In this document: piece after piece, positions 37,201 to 48,689 of the stretch
Layout of the letters: each line of letters begins with the position of its first letter
How positions within the stretch are numbered: position 1 is the first letter of the stretch
The notes under the pieces: model-generated
Told to the model about the DNA's origin: nothing
What the model saw: only the letters and a program-made list of their open reading frames with translations
Database searches by the model: none
Assembly (NCBI GenBank): GCA_964187785.1
Contig: OZ076415.1
Span: 11,532,001 to 11,596,000 of the forward strand
Reading direction: 5' to 3'
DNA: 64,000 bases
Source of the DNA: Amphiscolops sp. MND2022
Lineage: Eukaryota
Position numbers and translations under genes: made by a program

Positions 37201-37581
37201 CCGTCAATGGACACTAGCAGCTGTATAATAAAATAGAAAGGTTCATCGCCCGCCGGGGTACCCCATCAAACGTATGGTCAGACAACGGAACAAATTTCAT
37301 TGCCAGTGAAAAAGAACTCCTCCAGAACATTGCAAACTGGAACCACCAAGTTTTGACCGATGCTCTCGTCAAGAAACGTATCTCGTGGAAGTTTAACCCA
37401 CGTAGCGCACCACATCATGGTGGTGTTTGGGAACGCGTTGTCAGGAGTTTCAAACTCGTTTTTTACGCTGTTCTTGGAAACCGACGCTTAACCGACGAGA
37501 TTTTAATAACATTTTGCCTTGTGGAGCAAAGTTTGAAAGCACGACCACTGGTACCAGCCAGCTCTGATGCTACTGATTTGG
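31282..37581 (+). repeat. Internal direct tandem duplication (2 x 3150 bp) of the BEL RT-RH-IN region
   Basis: ATGCT microhomology at 31282 and 34432; the matching position in the second copy is 37582; the junction reads SSDATDLD|ADVDMILGQ in frame. Confidence 0.95.
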
Positions 37582-38178
37582 ACGCTCTGACCCCAAATCA
37601 TTTCTTGTTGGGAACCCCGGGTTCCGTCTTACCGTCGCATCAGCGAGCCGAAATAGACCAACGCAAGCGGTACGTGCGTGCACAAGCTTATTCTGACATT
37701 ATCTGGAGTCGATGGTTGAAAAAATATGTGCCCTCACTCAACAAGCGTTCTAAGTGGCCTAGTCAACCGGAAAGACAACTTAAAACGGGAGACCTAGTTT
37801 GGATAATCGAACCGTCGAGTCCAAGAGGACATTATCCACTAGCTCGCGTGACAAAGTTGAACTTCGGCAGCGATGCCATAGCACGTTCTGCCGAACTGAA
37901 GACCAACACCGGACGTCTCGTTCGCCCCGTTGTAAAACTGTCCCCAGCCCTTCCCCTTCCCGAAGCCGAACCCTTTTAGTTGCATCACCGTATACTTAAC
38001 TCCGATGTCATGAAACAAAATTATTCTCAATATTAAAATGAGCCATGTAACTTTATCCATTTCCCAACATGTAAACATAAACCCATGTAATGCGTCTCCG
38101 TAAAAACAATTTTATATATATATATATACTTTTTGTTTTTGCAAATAATAGTGTTCACACCTTCTTGGGCCCGGAGGA

Positions 38179-38554
38179 TGTTGACAACTCGTTTATTAGC
38201 ATATTAGCAAATTAAATTGGATTGATTTCAAGCATCCGTAGCATAGCGGTAAAGTGTATGACCGATATTCGTACTCGACCGGCGTGGGTTCGATCCCCGG
38301 TATTGACCGATCTTTATGAAACCGCAAAAAAGGTAAAATTTGATTTTTCAAATATTATTCGAAATTTGCTATCTCGAAATTGTTTAATAATATTTGTAAA
38401 CAACTATGTGTTCATTTCTCAGCCTTGTTATTTTGTACGAATTAAATGTTTTGTCATTGAGACCGATAATACATTGAGAAATAGAGTATTGTTTCCTTTC
38501 ATATTTTCAACAAAAAGAAACGAGATATAACTGTCGAGAGTTATATTTCTTTTA
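38179..38554 (+). repeat. 3' LTR of the BEL element
   Basis: Begins TGTTGAC directly after the PPT-like GGGCCCGGAGGA; its 3' 176 bp match the 5' LTR remnant. Confidence 0.88.
38232..38305 (+). ncRNA. tRNA-like segment with Pol III A and B boxes inside the BEL LTR
   Basis: GCATCCG followed by A box TAGCATAGCGG (38239-38249, tRNA position 8) and B box GGTTCGATCCC (38287-38297); D and T stems pair partly, anticodon and acceptor stems are degenerate. Confidence 0.6.
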
Positions 38555-39659
38555 TGGACAATGACGAAGAAAACTTAACTCCCGAAACTTTTAGGTCTCG
38601 ACCTAAACGCAGTTTTTCATGGTGCTACAATTACATGGTCTCCAGTACTTTCGATTTGAAATTTGTGATATGGAATTTGAATTGGGCAATTTCCTATTCC
38701 AATAACTCTGCTTGACTCAAAAATCTTATAGCTACCTAGATAAGATCAAATTCTACTGATCTAGGGTTAATGGTGTTTCTTATGGACTCCTGTAAGCTAT
38801 TATGCTTCTCAAAAAATCGAAAAACTTTATTTTAAAAAAACCTTTAAAACTTCAGATCTGGAATCGTTGTATTTGTTCTGTACATCTTTGGAAACAAAGT
38901 TCGGGAGGGGAACTTCAATTGATCCCTGAAAAACGCAGTTTCCAGACATTTCTTAGTCTGGGGTCAGGTTTCAGCAGCACTTAAAATGAAATTATCAAAT
39001 TTTAGAATAGTTATAGTATACCTTCTGGAGGGTGGTTGGGATTTGGGATGTCAACTTTGTGAGGTGGCTTGGAAGATACATTCAATGGAACCTCGCAATG
39101 TATGATGCTTCCACTTTGTTCGTTCCGGAATTCAGCTGAAATACATCATTTTTTGATAACTCCGTTATAACTTCTGAATCAACACTTATAAACTCACTCA
39201 ACTCAAGAAGCGTAACAAATCCTGAAAAAGTGAAGTTTCTCTGATGTTTTCGTCCAAATCCGGCATTTGAAAGTCGAATCAATATGTAATTTGTAATACG
39301 TGTGAAAAACTATTCTATTTTGGGCATCAGATTCAGATTTTGCAAATTGCTGTTTTTCCTCAACTAATGTTACTGAGGTAAGTTTCAAAAAAGAATCCTG
39401 AACTTCCAGCAAAAATTTTTGTCAAAGTTTCGGGACTAAAGAGACGATTCCATTTGAAACGTTGTCACCCGAAGTTTTTTCTGAACACCTACTATTCTGT
39501 TGAGTGATTTCCTTTTTAAATAAAATGTTAAGAGTTGTTCTTCAGAATTAGCTCTGTTCGCTCAAGGAGCAACGATGTGTAACTACATGAAAGTGTTAGA
39601 CTTCAATTAAAAACTAATCTCCATAGATGTTTGTGGGAAGTATACCCGGAAGCGTGCAA

Positions 39660-39793
39660 CTAACGGTAGCAGCCGAAGGAATGGTTGCAGCCATTGGGCA
39701 CACACGATGCCCTGAAGTTGTCTGCACATATCAAGCTGTCACAAACAGGCCCACAGTTAACCAACTCTTTCTTCCCGTTGGGACAGTAACCGC
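39660..39793 (-). CDS. Small Cys-rich terminal exon (TIL-like N-terminal Cys spacing)
   Basis: Acceptor tgttctgttttag|GC (phase 1); GYCPNGKKELVNCGPVCDSLICADNFRASCVPNGCNHSFGCYR*; 7 Cys in 43 aa. Confidence 0.55.
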
Positions 39794-40409
39794 CTAAAAC
39801 AGAACACACACAGGCAAAAGTCGCAATGACAAAGTTGGATATTTTGAATAACTCTGTTGAATATTGTTTCCTTTGAAAACTATGCTTTGCAAAAATGAAA
39901 TGAAAAAAATATCCCCGTTTTTTAAGCATGGAAACATCGGAAAATTTAGTCTGATTGGTAGCCATATGGGTCCCAGTAAAAAATTGTACTTTGAATATAA
40001 AACGAGTCGGGTGGCGAATTGAACAAGAAGGGGGATATTTCTTGGTCTTGATGATTTTCAAAATTTTCAGTGCTATCCATAAGTTCAGAGATTCAATTTT
40101 TTAATTTGACTTGATTTGGATTTTAGTTGTTGTGATTTAAAGTTTTCCCGTTTCTAAGCTTCTTAGAAGGTTCACTCATGAGATGGAAACAAATGAAATT
40201 TGTTGGATAAGTGATGAATTGTAAGTTATCGAGTACATGTAGTCTAAATTTGACAGATTGGAAGATGGATTCGTTTTATGTACTCAATTGGTAAAAATGA
40301 CAGAAAGACGATAGTTGGTGATTTGTAAAATGAAAATCTGGTGAATGCTCGCTTACTAGTTAGTAGCGTTTGGTGCCCCTCGCTTGTGGATGGCAAAACG
40401 CTTTTTTAA

Positions 40410-41990
40410 CCATCCGCTGACTCATTGGGTTACCAAGGGAGGTGCTAATTACTCTAGATCACGTGATCATTTACTATCATGACTACTATGAGCTGTCAAA
40501 CATAATTACGCCCCAGAATTGTACTTGAATCATTTACTATGCATATGTAATGGGGGCGATGTACAATCGATTGTTTACTGTGGTTGCAGAGCTAGAAAAG
40601 CAAAAAGTTAACATTTGATGTGAAAGTGTTAAAGTAAGAAGTTGAAGTATCTAAGTTAAATAGCACATGGTGAGCGATGTGAAAGTTATGGATTATTACC
40701 ATCTAGGTAGCGAGTGAACCAGTGAAAATGAAATTCATTGTTTAGACATTGTTTTCTCTGTGTTAAGTTGGCTGTTTAGTACTATTTCATTGATATATGA
40801 GAAAACGTTGGATTAATTCAACGCTTTTCCGAAAGTAGCTGATGTGATAACGATGATTCGCTGTAATTAAGGAGCTAGAATATAATGAGAAATGATCGTT
40901 GTACACGATGATTTTTTGTGAATGAAGATCCGTTCGAGTGAAGAATGAAATTTCAACTTTTATAAAAACGCTTCCTCGCTCGTTGCGTGTTTGAAGTGGA
41001 TATGTAGCGGCCGATGCACAAACGAGTGATGGGAACATGATGATCTCTTCAAATTCCCCTCCCATTACAATCTATCTCCTCAGATGGGAGAACGATGGCG
41101 AATGTTCCGTTTTGACATCGTTTTCTGTATTAGCACTAACTCGTCTTCTCCAAGCGATGGCAAAGAGATGTTTGTACACTTAAAGTCACGAGCTGTATGT
41201 TGACGATCCTAGCTGTCATGTTACGTTTTCATCTTTTACTCCTTTTTTGTGTTCATCTTTTGTGACTTGACTTGTATTCGGATTTTCGCCAGTATTTTAA
41301 ACATATGTGCTCAATAATGATTCAGAAGGCCCATAATAAACAGAACCCAACTCAAACTGAACATGACTCTCATTTTCTCATAATTTGTGGAGTAGGGAAA
41401 AAGTGGGGAGAGAAAAAGGGAGGAGTTGCTTCTGCTGTAATCCTCCTCGACGCGGGCAAGAGAGCTGTGCTAATGGTTAGTATCGTTGGTAAACATCAGT
41501 ACTAATTCCCTAATTTCCCATCTCTCGACTGAGAGAAAGTTCGCGAGGGTCAGCAACCCATGCGAGTTTGACTATAATCGCTGCCAGCTAGTTCCAGAAA
41601 ATGACTTTGATGTAGTGGGGTATCGATGTTTAGTGTGGAGAGTAAAGCTGGCGATTGTTTTTTGTGTGACCTGTGTAAACCCGGCCCTTTTAAAAGCCAG
41701 CGTGGCTTGTCAACCCATGCTTCACAGGCAACTCTCAATTTACTACGCCCAATTTGAGGCTAATGAAACCCACATCAAGGCGAGGTGGTCTGAGGAAGAG
41801 CGCTAATCAGTTGCGGTACAGCAAAATGCACTAGGTAAATCAGAAGGTCGCAACACTTGGGCAAGTTTGATGAGGGCAAATCATCAAGTACACCCAAGTA
41901 GTTCAGTCAATTCGTTCAAATCGCTACTAACCAGTGAGAGTTACCTGGCTATCGTAGATAAACTACGGAACTCCGAAAAACTACAAAAAC
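40410..41990. repeat. Old local duplication, partner at 44445-45560
   Basis: Shared blocks such as CTCATTGG..TACCAA..GGAG.TGCTAATTA.TCTAGATCACGTGATCATTT and ACTATAATCGCT.CCAGC...TGTGACCTGTGTAAA; clearly diverged, with indels. Confidence 0.8.
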
Positions 41991-43860
41991 TGGTTTGACT
42001 TGTGCCAAGGTATCCCTTATTGGCGAATCCTTTTTTCGGATAATGCGGGCGGCCAAACGGAACGAGGCGACGTATTCGATCCGGTCAGCACGTTTAATAC
42101 CGAATATATGAACGGTTGTTTGACCCTCCGAAGGGCAAGACCACGCAAGGCTCGCAATCACGTCTCATCCTGCCCTTCGGTCACAATGAAAGGTCAACGT
42201 GACCTCTCAAATGTTGTCTCGAAAAACATGTGTCCACGAATCCACGGACGTCAATTGGCAGCCTGATACATGGGAGGAACGATTTGAATCTGTCGAGCAA
42301 AGTGTGAGCGCACATGCGAACGCATTCTGCCTATATCTGCCAGAAGATCACAGTGAACTTCGAAAACTATATCGAGCGTTATTGTGAAAAGTGGTTAGAG
42401 GGAAAAGTGAAGTCCTCTTTAAACGTCAGCTTGATAAACGACAACAGAGGAGACATGATTATACAGTTTTGAAAATGCTCTATCGGAAAGATAGGGCCGG
42501 CGCTGCGAAGTCAGTTCTGATTGATGAATGGAAGTCAGATATAAGAACGATTCCTAAAACCAATAGCCATGTTAAGGTCATGGGGGCATTTTGACAAAGG
42601 CTAATCAGACTGAAGAGCTTGACATTCCGGTCAATGCCCGATTGACGAGTTGCTTGCGCCAATAAGCTCAAGCGAAGTTGAATCAGTTGTGAACTCATAA
42701 AAATCGAGTGCGAACGGCCCTGACAGTGTTTCCCTCTACTCAATGCAGAAACTCAGTGCTGATGTTTTCTCAGCCCACTTCAATTTCTGGTGGTGTGCGA
42801 AACGACTACCGAATTCACTCAACGTGTGTGGGACAATTTAATTCCAACCTCTCAGAGGCGGAGCCACTGGAGCATCGTCCTATTAGTTTATGCTCTCAAC
42901 GCTCCCGTGTTCACCACAAGGTACTCGCATCTCGTTTTGAGAAGCTTGTACATCTGTCGGTAAAACAGAATGGCTTTAAGAAGCTAGATGATGTGGGGGC
43001 TAACCTAACTTTAGCGAAGTCTCTTATAAACTACGCTAAGTATGCAAGGAGGAGCATAAGTTTATGTTTCATTGATGTCAAAAAAGCATTTGACTCAGTC
43101 TCGCGAAAGTATGCTTGCAGCTCTGAAACTGAATGGAGTTTAACGGCGATTGCGTGACTACATCATCAACGTTTACTGAAGAGCAACGACGGTTTTCGTG
43201 TACACGGATCGAGAAAGTGGTCTGGACTTCTTGGGCAGGGGGTGTTAGAAAGTTGATACTTTGTCGTCCTTCTTGTTCAATCTCACACTCGATCTAACTC
43301 TTAGATCTTTGCCTAAAGAGTTAGGCTTCAAGCTAAATTCGGTCGAGATAAATCGTCTTGCGTATGCAGATGATACTGTGTTAGTGACTGAGATCTGTGA
43401 GAGAATGAAAAATTCTTGCGGTCGTTCATTCACCTGGCCGGGAAAAAAGGGCTGAGCTTGTGCGCGTCGAAAAAAATTGCAACATCTATTTTCGATAAAG
43501 CCCACGACGGTCGATGACAATGAGGTTCCCATAGTGGACGCAGTGAAGGAATACAAGTACTTCCGGATCTTTGTGTCCGCCAAAAAGAATTTTTTTGAAG
43601 TGCGAGGGAAATTAGTGAAAAATCCGACAAACGTTCTCAGCGCCACTAAAACCTCAACAAAACTTTTTATGCTTCGAATATTCATGTTCCCAAAATTTTT
43701 GCAATACTCAATTTTCAATAATCAACCGGAAAAATCTCTTGGGGTATTAGGCAGAGCAGTAAAGATTTCTGTTCGACTGGGGATCAAAGGGCCACTAAGC
43801 CACGTGTTTTTTTATGCTCAGTGGTTCCTTATCCTCAAAAGTTTGGGAGTTCGTTGATGT
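41570..43860 (+). mobile_element. R2-like non-LTR retrotransposon relic (C2H2 finger, Myb, RT), heavily frameshifted, nuclease domain absent
   Basis: CDLCKPGPFKSQRGLSTH finger; KARWSEEE Myb-like motif; RT motifs RPISLCS, QNGF, FIDVKKAFDSVS, LSSFLFNLTLD, LAYADDTVLV and EYKYF. Confidence 0.85.
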
Positions 43861-44444
43861 AGCCAAGGTGCGTGCGGGGTAACTTGGTCAAAACGAAAGA
43901 TAGTAGTCGGGGAGCCCGTGAAAAACCTCACTGTGATAGTTCAGTGGTTGCTCAGTGCAGTGATTCCTCAGCGGGAAAACTATGAAATCTTAACCGAGAA
44001 GGAAGTTGGTCGGCAAGCAAATTGTATTTTGCTAATCTTAGACTAATTAGCCAAGCATTGCGTGGTCCTGAATCGTTGCGCTGGTACTGTGCTGTATGTA
44101 TTTGTATAAATGATGTCACTTTGAGTTTGAGGAAGAACGCGGAGTAAACGATGTGTAGATGGTGATGATAAAATGTAGCATGCGAGAATGTAGTTGTAAT
44201 CCAATTGGCTGATTGGTGTAACTCTGTTTGCGAGAGAAATTAGGTTATTGTCTGTAAGTCATTAGGAGTTTCTTGCGGATCAATTTGCAATATTGTCTTT
44301 TCCGCTGTGCATAACGCATCATTTGCTTCGAGACTGCAGTTGCATCCAACAAAATATCGCGACATTTGCTTGGCATTTGTTTTAGGATTTCGTACATTTT
44401 CGTGTCTCTCGCTTGTAGCTGATAAAACGCTTTTTTAATCATCT

Positions 44445-45560
44445 TCCTCACTCATTGGATTACCAACGGAGATGCTAATTATTCTAGATCACGTGATCAT
44501 TTATACTCATGACTACTAGGAGGCTACTAACTATTATTATGCGCCAGAATTGCGCTTGAATCAATCAACATTCATGCGTACTGGGGGTAATGTAAAATGG
44601 ATGGTTTACTGCGGTTAGAGCGCTAGAAAATCAAAACGTTAATATTTAATGTCAAAGCGATAGGTTTACCAAGTATTTATATTTCACATGAAAAACCACC
44701 GACTGATGTGAAGTGGTGGGTGGATTCTATTCATCTAGGTAGATAGTGAACCAGGGGAAAAGAAATTCATTCTTTCGACATCGTTTTCTGTGTGTTATGT
44801 TGGTTGGTTAGTAAAATTTCATAGAACGTTGAATGAATTCGCTTTAAACCACTTTCCAGGGCGGATGATGTGATAACGATGGTACGCTGTGATTGGGGTA
44901 TTAGTATGCGAGGAGATCAAATGATCGCTGTAAATACAATGATTCTTTGTAAAGGAAGATTCAACTGGCAGAAGAAATATGTTCATATTTAATACATCGC
45001 TTTCTTGCTCTTTGGGTGTTTGATTTTGACATGGGACATTCGATGTTCAAATGATGGTAGTCTTTTATCATTCAATTGTCATTCAGGTTAGGCGATGCAA
45101 AAACGATGACTTCTTTATTTCCACCTACTACAACATTCGTTCACCACTTAACTATAATCGCTACCAGCGCGTTCCAGAAAACGACCTTGCTGTAGCGGGG
45201 TCATCGAGTTTTAGAATGGAGAGTGAACCTGGCAATACTTTGTGTGACCTGTGTAAAGCCGGCCTATTCAAAAGTCAGCGTGGCTTGTCACAACCCGTGC
45301 GTCACAGGCATCCCTCAAATGACTACGCTCAATTTCAGGCTAATTAAACTAGCATCAAGGCGACGTGGTCTGAGAAAGAGCGCTACTCAGTTGCAGTAAA
45401 GCACTAGTCAATCAAGTCTCAACACTTGAGCATGTTTGGTGAGAGCAATTCTTCAAGTACACCCAAGTAGTACAGTCGAGTCGTTGGAACCGCTACTAAC
45501 CAGTGAGAGTTACCTAGCTATTGTAGATAAACTACTCCGAAAAACCACAAACACTGGTTT
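44445..45560 (+). mobile_element. Duplicate of 40410-41990 including the R2-like finger/Myb 5' fragment only
   Basis: LCDLCKAGLFKSQRGLSQ..RHRHP followed by IKATWSEKER; homology stops before the RT. Confidence 0.75.
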
Positions 45561-45720
45561 GAATTGAGCAAAGGATTCTCATTTTCGCGAAAATCTATGT
45601 TACACCTTCAGTCTTATTGAATCTTATCTCCAGTTTGTTCTGGAGAGAAATTCTTCATTTTTTCAGTGTCGATTTCATATTTCAAACGAGCGTCAAAGTC
45701 CCCGAGTTAAGAACTTCTTG

Positions 45721-45900
45721 TACCCGGAGGATGTTGCAATACATATAATTCGGAAAAACAATCAAAATCACATAGTTGACGAATGGATAGTTAGAATGAC
45801 TTCTAAACAATAACCCAGATGACCGGTTCGATTTTCCGACGGATTCGTGAGTATTTCTATGGCAACGCGCAGTTGTTACAGAAATACCTTGAAAATTTTG
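45721..45900 (+). mobile_element. Start of a BEL-family LTR relic (right end not defined)
   Basis: CCCGGAGGA|TGTTGC, the same PPT/LTR junction as at 38179; B-box-like GGTTCGATT at 45825. Confidence 0.55.
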
Positions 45901-47829
45901 CATACCTTAGAGCCAGTTTTTGTTTGTCAATGTTTATAAATGTGAAATCACTGGAAATCAATTTCTGTTTATTTGCCTGTAAAACGCATCAAACTGTCCG
46001 TTTGTGTATTTTTTCCTCGGTTAGATCAAAGTAAGCACGTTTGGCCTTATTACATATTATTATATTGAATTCTTTCGCCTTCCAAAACGAAATCTAGTCT
46101 TTATTTAATTTTTCTATAACCTGGCCATCGAGAAACCATAAACTAGTCATAAAAAGCACCAACATTCTTTCAGTGTCTATTTGTTTACCTACAAACCACA
46201 GACTCATCATTGGAAATTCACCGCACACGATTAAGGTCTACGAGTGTTTCGAATAAATAATCGCAATAGCTATCCCTGTTTGACTTCACTCAAGTTCCTA
46301 TTACTTTCACACATTCACTTTAACCGAGCTTTGTCCAATCCGTTGCCAGTATTCGCCCAATTATTGAAGCGTCGCTAACTTTATTTGGTAACCAGATTAT
46401 CATCACTTGTGAACTTTTCCGTCCACTGCGAAAAAGGCAAAGCGTTATATATCACTCTATCACGCCAGATTGCTTTATTTGGCAATGATAAATTCATTTC
46501 CGTCTTATTCGTTGTAGTCGATCTCAACTTTCGGCTCATTTGGGGTTTGTCGGGAGGCAAGGCAGGTCAATGCTGGAGTTTTGAAAGCAGTCAAGTAGTT
46601 TGACAGACCTACAAAACCAATTGCTCGGACTGAGTCTTTCGGATTCATATTGGTTTCAGTTAGATGACCTGGCGACCACAGGGGATTGGTTTCAATCAGG
46701 TTACCCGGTGACCCAAGAGGGTAAACCGTGGGCTAAAACCCGGCCTGAGTTTGAACATTGATGCGGAAATTCCGCGCAAATTAGTGCAGAATTTATTGTA
46801 AAATTCGAAAGATTTCAATAACTCGGCACAACTTTAATACCAAGTGTTTGCAGACAATAAAGCCATTTCTACTGTGCTCTGTCATCTGATTTGGCAGAAG
46901 TGCTTAAAACGTGTCAAAACTGTATCAGGGCTCTTGTGTTTTGCCCGGGAAACCGAACCCCTGACATTTTCTCGCAATGTACGGAATCTTACAACCTTGT
47001 TTTCAATATTGAAAACGATTTCACATCTTAGCGCAAGAATTGATTGCAGAAGTTAAAGGCGTTTCACCAGAGGCCTGAAATAGGACAGGAACATCGAAAT
47101 CTCGTTTTGAAATTTGAAACAATCTTTCTCAATTTACTGTCCGTAATCGTCCTGATTGCCCTCGCAGGGCGGTAAAAACAGGTTATCTAATGTCAACAAG
47201 TATACAACTTTTCTTTTTGTATTTGTGTCCTGACTTCCCTGTTCGAACGGTTAACGTTACAACACAGCTATTCGTTTCCTTCCTATGCTATAATCAAGCT
47301 TCACTGTTGTTGATGGTCAGAAGGAATTACCTCAAAACATGAGCGTGTAACTCTATTCAGCCGTACTCCATGCGACCAAATTGACTGCCCTTTACCTGCC
47401 CAAAAGCAAAGCAGACGAGATGACAAATTCCCAACAAGATCGAAAACTTCAAGAACATCAGTTGAAGGCGCAAACTACATTGAAACCCTCCAACAGAAAA
47501 CACCCGATTCCACTACATACGGAGATCGAAGAGTTCCACTTGCACGTGTAATCAAAGAAACTGGATATGAAATGACGAAAGCTTTCTACGGAAACGAACA
47601 ATTAGTTGATTGCTATTGCATCTAAAACGTCAGAATCGGAAGCAGTTCAAACCGACTTAGAAAAGTGGTTAAGTGAACTCACAGAGCAAAATTGCCAGTA
47701 CCGTTGTGTAGTTATGCCCCGTCCTATCAGTTCCTGATTACAATTTCTTTTAGATTCAACATCCGCTTTCGAAAAAATTCTCAACGTACATGTGAATCGT
47801 TTACTTGAAACTGTAAAAATGTTTTTTGT

Positions 47830-48110
47830 TTGATAAACTAGGATGCACGATAGCTTTCTTTAGTTCGATTCCCAATACCCTCGTATATTTGATACTTCCA
47901 AAAAATACAAAATATTTTTTGTATACTATCCAATTTGCTATCTCGAAATTGTTTGATAATATTTGTCAACAAATGTATGTTCATTTGCCAGTTTTGCTAT
48001 TTTGTACTGAATACCTGTATCATCATTGTGGCCATTGAAAATTTAGACAATAGAATGTCACCTTTCGTTCCTTTTCCAAAAAAATGAAGAGTACGAAACA
48101 TATAGATCTT
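47830..48110 (+). mobile_element. Diverged BEL-family LTR relic
   Basis: TTTGCTATCTCGAAATTGTTT.ATAATATTTGT.AACAA matches the 3' part of the 38179 LTR; GTTCGATTCC at 47863. Confidence 0.6.
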
Positions 48111-48338
48111 TTAGTTTTTTTCAAAGGGCATGGATATGTTTTGAAGATTTTAGAAACTGCTTGGTAGTTCCACAAAGTTTACAAAGTTTTTCCATGCAGG
48201 GTCCCTTTGTAAAAAGGAGCCTGCATGAATGAATGCATCATGGAAAATTTTCAAACAGATTCGACGAGGGTTGTCAATAGATTTTTCCAGAGGAAGTTCT
48301 TCACTCATAAATGACAAAAACAATAGCGATGAACCTAC

Positions 48339-48641
48339 TGGTAAGTTTGCAGCTGTAGAATATCTCCATGTACTTGTCACCCGAATGGCACCTCTGTTCA
48401 TGCGGAATGTGATCTGCAGAGGCCACCAACACACAAACTTGCTTCCCGTCGCATTCACTGCGTGTCACGTGACCAGTGACGTCATAGTCCCCACAAGGTG
48501 TAAGATCCCTGCGCATGTTGACACTGCATACAGCCACTCTGTCCACCCCAAAAAAGGCAGATTCGATCTGTATCTCGTATCCCGAGGGACACTGTAGCAC
48601 CATGTGTAGCCCCTCGCATGCCACACGTACGTGTATGCCGT
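48339..48641 (-). CDS. SUEL-type (D-galactoside/L-rhamnose-binding) lectin domain exon, 101 codons, phase 1-1
   Basis: ACEGLHMVLQCPSGYEIQIESAFFG...C...C...ECDGKQVCVLVAS...C..GDKYMEIFYSC has the SUEL 8-Cys pattern; acceptor tgtttag|AC and donor CCA|gtaggt. Confidence 0.85.
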
Positions 48642-48689
48642 CTAAACAACCCCAGCCTAACTTCCATACATTTTCTGCAACAATCTGTC

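Larger units (their letters stand above)
29252..38554 (+). mobile_element. BEL/Pao LTR retrotransposon, decayed, with an internally duplicated pol
   Basis: gag (DUF1759-like WHEWFGQFKSAID...KLTYLKTL; Cys/His knuckles), Pao RT (FYMDDYL), Pao RNase H (FGDSSQE), integrase (TGVDYFGP, SDNGTNF, GVWERVVRSFK); partial 5' LTR 29252-29427 and 3' LTR 38179-38554. Confidence 0.96.

Noticed and set aside
43855-43870. TAGCCAA as a remnant of the R2 28S target
   Set aside because: A 7-nt match only, with no surrounding rDNA homology.
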